Shown here: in pieces, positions 60,768 through 64,000 of the stretch
Numbering within the stretch: the stretch's first letter is position 1
Layout: the number at the start of each line of letters is the position of its first letter
Origin: an uncultured Candidatus Actinomarina sp.
GTDB lineage: Bacteria; Actinomycetota; Acidimicrobiia; Actinomarinales; Actinomarinaceae
Direction of reading: 5' to 3'
Assembly: GCA_902615855.1 (NCBI GenBank)
Contig: CACMQN010000002.1
Span: forward strand, 66,460 to 130,459
DNA length: 64,000 nt
Position numbers and translations under genes: made by a program
The notes under the pieces: generated by a model
What the model was told of the DNA's origin: nothing
Seen by the model: the letters and a program-made list of their open reading frames with translations, nothing else
Database searches by the model: none

Positions 60768-62495
60768 TTGAAAGATAAAACTTTTTCAAGATCCATGAAA
60801 TTGGTCCCAGAGGTAATCAATAAGTTTCTTATTAGCTCATTAATTGCTCTATTAGCAACAGGATTAAGAATGGTGGGACCTAATCTAATATCAAATGGAA
60901 TAGATGATGGCGTTTTAAAATCTGACTACAACTATGTTCTTCAGCAATCTTTATTTTATTTAATTACATTAGTTTTTCTCTATTTTGTCACCAGTCAGGC
61001 GTTGCTTTCAATAGGTATGGTTGGAGAGACCTATGTTCGTAGAGTGAGAGAAAAATTATTTAGACATATGTCTTCACTTGATATTAACTATTTTGAAAAA
61101 AATAAAACTGGAGTATTAGTTGCTCGACTTACCTCAGATATGCAGAGTTTAAATGAATTTGCGAGAGAAGGCGCAAGTAGTGTGATAACAGCACTGTTGA
61201 CAATATTTGGTGCTGTTGTAGCTGTCTTTTTAGTAGATGTCCAACTATCCATACTTGCTTTTGTAATCATGCCGATATTGGCAATAGCAACTAAAATTTT
61301 CAGAAATTATGCTGACACAACTTATTGGGAGGTAAGAGAGTGGATAGGACAAGTTCTATCATCTCTTCAGGAAGGTATTTCTGGTGTCAGAGTGATACAA
61401 GCATATACCGATGAAGATACTCAAATAAAAAGATTTAAAAAAGTCAATAAAGAACATTTCAATGCAAACATGAGATCAGCAAGAAACATTGCAGTTTATT
61501 TTCCATTTTTGGAATTTACAAGAGTGTCATCGATAGCAACAGTCTTATGGTTTGGCTCTCAGAGAATATCTGAAGGAACTCTTTCCGTTGGAGAATTGGT
61601 TGCGCTTCTATTTTATTTAAACTATTTTTTTGATCCTCTCATACAATTGTCATTTAATTACGATACATTAAGATCAGCGGGATCCTCAATGAAGAAAGTT
61701 TTCTCAATTCTTGATGAAAAGCCTAATTTGAGCAAAAAAGGTGAAGAGTTTCCTGACGATGATTTAGAGCAGACAGTTGAATTTGATAATGTATCTTTTT
61801 CATATGGAAGAGAAAATGTCTTGCATGGCGTTTCATTTTCAATAAATAAAGGAGACAAGATTGCTATTGTCGGAGAAACAGGAGCGGGTAAAAGCACTAT
61901 TGCAAAATTAATTTTAAGATTTTATCTTCCTACAAATGGCAGTATGAAATATTTTGGTGTCGATTCTAACGAGGTTGATGAAGATTGGGTCAGAGAAAAT
62001 GTTGCATTTGTTCCACAAGAAAGCTTCTTGTTCAGGGGAACAATTCGGGAAAATCTCATGTATTCAAAACCTGATTTGGAATCTTTGGAAGAGGAATTAT
62101 CTTCAATCGGTGTTCTTGATTGGTTTGATAGATATGAAAACAAGCTTGATCAAGAGGTTGGAGAAAGAGGGGGAAATATTTCAGCAGGGGAAAGACAATT
62201 TGTAGCTCTTTTAAGAGCTGTATTAGCAAAACGAAAAATTATTGTTTTTGACGAGGCAACAGCCAACTTAGACATTGAATCTGAGTCATCAATTTTAGAT
62301 GCTACTGAAAAGCTTTTGGCTTTTCAAACTTCCATAGTTATTGCTCACAGGCTCGAAACAGTTCTAAATGCTGAAAAAATAATGGTGATGGAAAATGGAA
62401 ATTTGATTGGTTTTGACAGCCACAACAATCTGTTAAAAAATAATCAGACCTATAAAGACCTTTTTTCTGCTTGGAACTTAGTTAACGATCTTTAA
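60768..62495 (+). CDS. ABC exporter, fused permease-ATPase (heterodimer subunit 2)
   Basis: GETGAGKST, ISAGERQ, FDEAT, IAHRL. Confidence 0.92.
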   Translation: MKDKTFSRSMKLVPEVINKFLISSLIALLATGLRMVGPNLISNGIDDGVLKSDYNYVLQQSLFYLITLVFLYFVTSQALLSIGMVGETYVRRVREKLFRHMSSLDINYFEKNKTGVLVARLTSDMQSLNEFAREGASSVITALLTIFGAVVAVFLVDVQLSILAFVIMPILAIATKIFRNYADTTYWEVREWIGQVLSSLQEGISGVRVIQAYTDEDTQIKRFKKVNKEHFNANMRSARNIAVYFPFLEFTRVSSIATVLWFGSQRISEGTLSVGELVALLFYLNYFFDPLIQLSFNYDTLRSAGSSMKKVFSILDEKPNLSKKGEEFPDDDLEQTVEFDNVSFSYGRENVLHGVSFSINKGDKIAIVGETGAGKSTIAKLILRFYLPTNGSMKYFGVDSNEVDEDWVRENVAFVPQESFLFRGTIRENLMYSKPDLESLEEELSSIGVLDWFDRYENKLDQEVGERGGNISAGERQFVALLRAVLAKRKIIVFDEATANLDIESESSILDATEKLLAFQTSIVIAHRLETVLNAEKIMVMENGNLIGFDSHNNLLKNNQTYKDLFSAWNLVNDL

Positions 62496-63312
62496 TTCTT
62501 TTGTTAGCCAAATCACAATACTCTTTATTTATTTCGTAACCGACATACTTTCTATTTGAATTTAAAGCGGCTAAAGCTGTTGTTCCACTTCCCATAAATG
62601 GATCCAGTATTAATTCATCCTTATAAGAATATAAATTTATAAATTTATCAACTAGTTCTTCAGGAAAAGGTGCTGGATGGCCAATTTTTTTTGCCTTTGC
62701 TGGAAGAATATTCCATATTGAAAGTGTTGAATCCATAAATTCTTCTTTATCAATCGTAGATACACCCTCTTTATTTCTATTAAATGACTCTTTTGAAAAT
62801 ACCAAACAGTATTCATGTAGATCCCTAATCACTGGGTTTGATGCAGATAACCAACTGCCCCATGCAAAGTTTGCATTGGCACCTTTAGATTTTTGCCATA
62901 TTATTTCACCCCTCATAATGAATCCTATGTTAGTCAACATGTCCGTAAATTTATTTGAGAAAGGTATATAAGGCTTCCTTCCTAAATTTGCTACATTAAC
63001 AACTAGACGACCTCCTGATTCCGTAACTCTGTAAACTTCTTGAAAACATGATTCCATTAACTTCCAATATTTTTTGTCATCAAGATCAAGGTCACTTAAC
63101 TTACCAACATTGTATGGAGGGGAAGTAACCGTTAAAGAAACACAATTATCAATTAGCTCACTCATATGTTCGGCGCTTTTATTAAATATTTTATTTTTTA
63201 ACTTTGATACATTGTTCTCTGATTGTGTTTCAAAGTTAGTCTCAGTTTGAAATTTTGAAACAAATCCTTTTCTTGAACCTGATCCATCTTTATAAACTGA
63301 TTCTTTTGACAT
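62482..63312 (-). CDS. Orphan DNA amino-methyltransferase (N4C/N6A, beta class)
   Basis: TSPPY motif IV precedes HPAPFP and LDPFMGSGTT motif I. Confidence 0.9.
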   Translation of the reverse strand: MSKESVYKDGSGSRKGFVSKFQTETNFETQSENNVSKLKNKIFNKSAEHMSELIDNCVSLTVTSPPYNVGKLSDLDLDDKKYWKLMESCFQEVYRVTESGGRLVVNVANLGRKPYIPFSNKFTDMLTNIGFIMRGEIIWQKSKGANANFAWGSWLSASNPVIRDLHEYCLVFSKESFNRNKEGVSTIDKEEFMDSTLSIWNILPAKAKKIGHPAPFPEELVDKFINLYSYKDELILDPFMGSGTTALAALNSNRKYVGYEINKEYCDLANKRIKDR

Positions 63313-63318
63313 GATCTA

Positions 63319-63756
63319 TTATCTTATTTCCTTTAAACCAAATTCTATTTCTTCTTTACTTTCTAACTCCAAGATTTCTTCAGATAAATTTTCATAATTT
63401 TTATGTTGCAAATAGGCCAAGTTACTTATTTTTAAAATTTCATCAGTAGGTGCACTTTCTGAAACCCATAAAATTCTTTTTAAGGTACTTTCTTTAATTG
63501 CACTTAAAAAAACATTTCTAAGATCCGATTTGATATCTTCAAAAAATACGCCGCAAAATGCACCGTGTGAAGCTGTTGAGATGTGAGTATCATCTAAAAT
63601 ATCACCTATTGCTTTTTTTCCAGGAATAGATTTATTAAATGTTTCTTCTAATTGATCAGATAAAAACACCCTTAAATCACCATTTTGCAAGGATAGTTTT
63701 TCAACAATTTCTTTTTCAGAACTATTTGATGGATTTACACATATAACAGGCATCAA
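63319..63756 (-). CDS. Hypothetical protein
   Basis: 145-aa ORF; GKKAIGDILDDTHI resembles a degenerate Rossmann fragment. Confidence 0.6.
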   Translation of the reverse strand: MMPVICVNPSNSSEKEIVEKLSLQNGDLRVFLSDQLEETFNKSIPGKKAIGDILDDTHISTASHGAFCGVFFEDIKSDLRNVFLSAIKESTLKRILWVSESAPTDEILKISNLAYLQHKNYENLSEEILELESKEEIEFGLKEIR

Positions 63757-63834
63757 TTAAAGTTTAATTAATAATAAGAGAAATCTATATTCATTGCTCT
63801 TATTATTGAAACGAGACTTAACTAGAATTAAATT

Positions 63835-64000
63835 ATGACTGACGTAGATATAGATATTGGTAAATACTCTTTGGGGTGGTCTGACCCTGAAAAGAATGTT
63901 TTTAAACCTGAAAAAGGATTGAATGAAGACATTATTAGAAAAATGTCTGAGATTAAAGAAGAGCCAGAATGGATGCTCGATTTTAGATTAAAAGCATATA
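63835..64000 (+). CDS. sufB: Fe-S cluster assembly protein SufB, 3'-truncated by the window edge
   Basis: Not in the ORF track. Hand translation gives MTDVDIDIGKYSLGWSDPEKNVFKPEKGLNEDIIRKMSEIKEEPEWMLDFRLKAY, matching the SufB N-terminus. Confidence 0.9.
   Translation, partial: MTDVDIDIGKYSLGWSDPEKNVFKPEKGLNEDIIRKMSEIKEEPEWMLDFRLKAY

Noticed and set aside
59012-62495. Degenerate Walker B and H-loop in the first ABC exporter as a sign of inactivation
   Set aside because: One degenerate site is normal for heterodimeric ABC exporters.

Overview
AT-rich, tightly packed bacterial chromosome segment. It best fits a streamlined marine actinobacterium of the 'Candidatus Actinomarina' type (inferred from a MACR-like rhodopsin beside a photolyase, the eno-ftsB-DUF501-ppx cluster, an InhA-like FabI and an MsiK-like ATPase). 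Contents: a divergent respiratory locus (1.6-10.2 kb), a split transhydrogenase, an archaeal-type GAPDH-like gene head-to-head with ppdK, a FAS-II/biotin carboxylase cluster, two tRNAs, a sugar ABC system, photolyase plus rhodopsin, menaquinone genes, an orphan DNA methyltransferase and the 5' end of sufB. The respiratory locus is the most unusual part. Its left arm encodes a cbb3-oxidase CcoN-like protein with only three His in total (six are needed to bind the cofactors), a CcoO-like cytochrome whose axial Met appears replaced by His, and a second cytochrome c. The two cytochromes share a near-identical 198-bp 5' segment. A diverged copy of the same N-terminal motif sits on subunit IV of the right-arm b6f-like Rieske/cytochrome b complex, which also has the heme-ci Cys and a ferredoxin. 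No IS element, prophage, CRISPR array or rRNA was seen. All family calls rest on motif recognition by eye, not on database searches.
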